From Ylistrum balloti (Eukaryota), in the NCBI RefSeq assembly GCF_031769215.1, contig NW_026781918.1, positions 558,001 to 622,000 on the forward strand: a DNA stretch of 64,000 nucleotides, read 5' to 3'. Positions 63,607 through 64,000 of this stretch are shown piece after piece. A program made the translations under genes and the position numbers. Every line of letters starts with the position of its first letter. The stretch's first letter is position 1. The notes under the pieces are model-generated. The model was not told the DNA's origin. It saw only the letters and a program-made list of their open reading frames with translations, and ran no database searches.

Positions 63607-63850
63607 CTCCACATAAAACACTCCAATATCCCAGCCGATGTTTCTTATGCGGAAACAACACCAAGTTATTAGTCTCGATATTTTCACAGTACAAGCCGAG
63701 TCGAGAAGAAGAAATAAGTGCGGTTTTCCACTACTGTATGTGTTACCTGCTGCTACGGAGCACGTGTTTAAACTGAGCCCGGCACTCGTGGTACTATGTA
63801 TTTGTAGTCGAGACAGGCGTGCAGGCGCACACGTGTAGTAACGACGCACG
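63607..63850 (-). promoter_or_regulatory. Candidate distal promoter and non-coding first exon
   Basis: Strong donor GAG|GTAAGT at 63607/63606, below a CpG-rich patch (63780-63850) with CACGTG and an NRF1-like GCGTGCAGGCGCA. Confidence 0.4.
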
Positions 63851-64000
63851 CTTGGGGTTCAATATGAAGCGCTTTAGCTGCTCTGTCAAAGGTTAAATAT
63901 ATGAGCGTTATACTGTAAGGCGATTTTGTAATCAGCTAAGTATTTATATAAACCTTTCTGGTCATGGAGGATTTACATAGATATATATATATTTAGATAA

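Overview
AT-rich eukaryotic DNA. The repeat families suggest a bivalve mollusc, probably an oyster, but this is an inference. Left to right: (1) The first two coding exons of a centriolar CEP135 gene (minus strand), which runs off the left edge. (2) A roughly 10-kb, largely TE-derived gap containing a cluster of related palindromes, a decayed RAG1/Transib-like DDE transposase (5.6-7.4 kb), Helentron/HINE-like debris and an 84-bp higher-order minisatellite. (3) Two tandem plus-strand paralogous genes of about 800 aa, each with nine C2H2 fingers. They share an unrecognised ~73-aa N-terminal domain with a KH-like pattern and a WREDI cap after the last finger; the first also has an 8x17-aa repeat and an AT-hook. 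(4) Short tandem arrays at 22-24 kb. (5) A complete SLC6 GABA/taurine/creatine-branch transporter with 13 coding exons (minus strand, 53607-28827, 679 aa). It has unusual substitutions: the first EL2 disulfide Cys is lost, a new EL2 Cys is gained, and there is a Glu in TM3 and an Arg in TM10. (6) About 10 kb of upstream sequence with several promoter-like or first-exon candidates. I found no rRNA, true tRNA or CRISPR array. The best novelty candidates are the ZNF N-terminal domain family, the RAG1-like element with its palindromes, and the altered SLC6 transporter. All homology calls are by eye from recalled family motifs; no searches were run.
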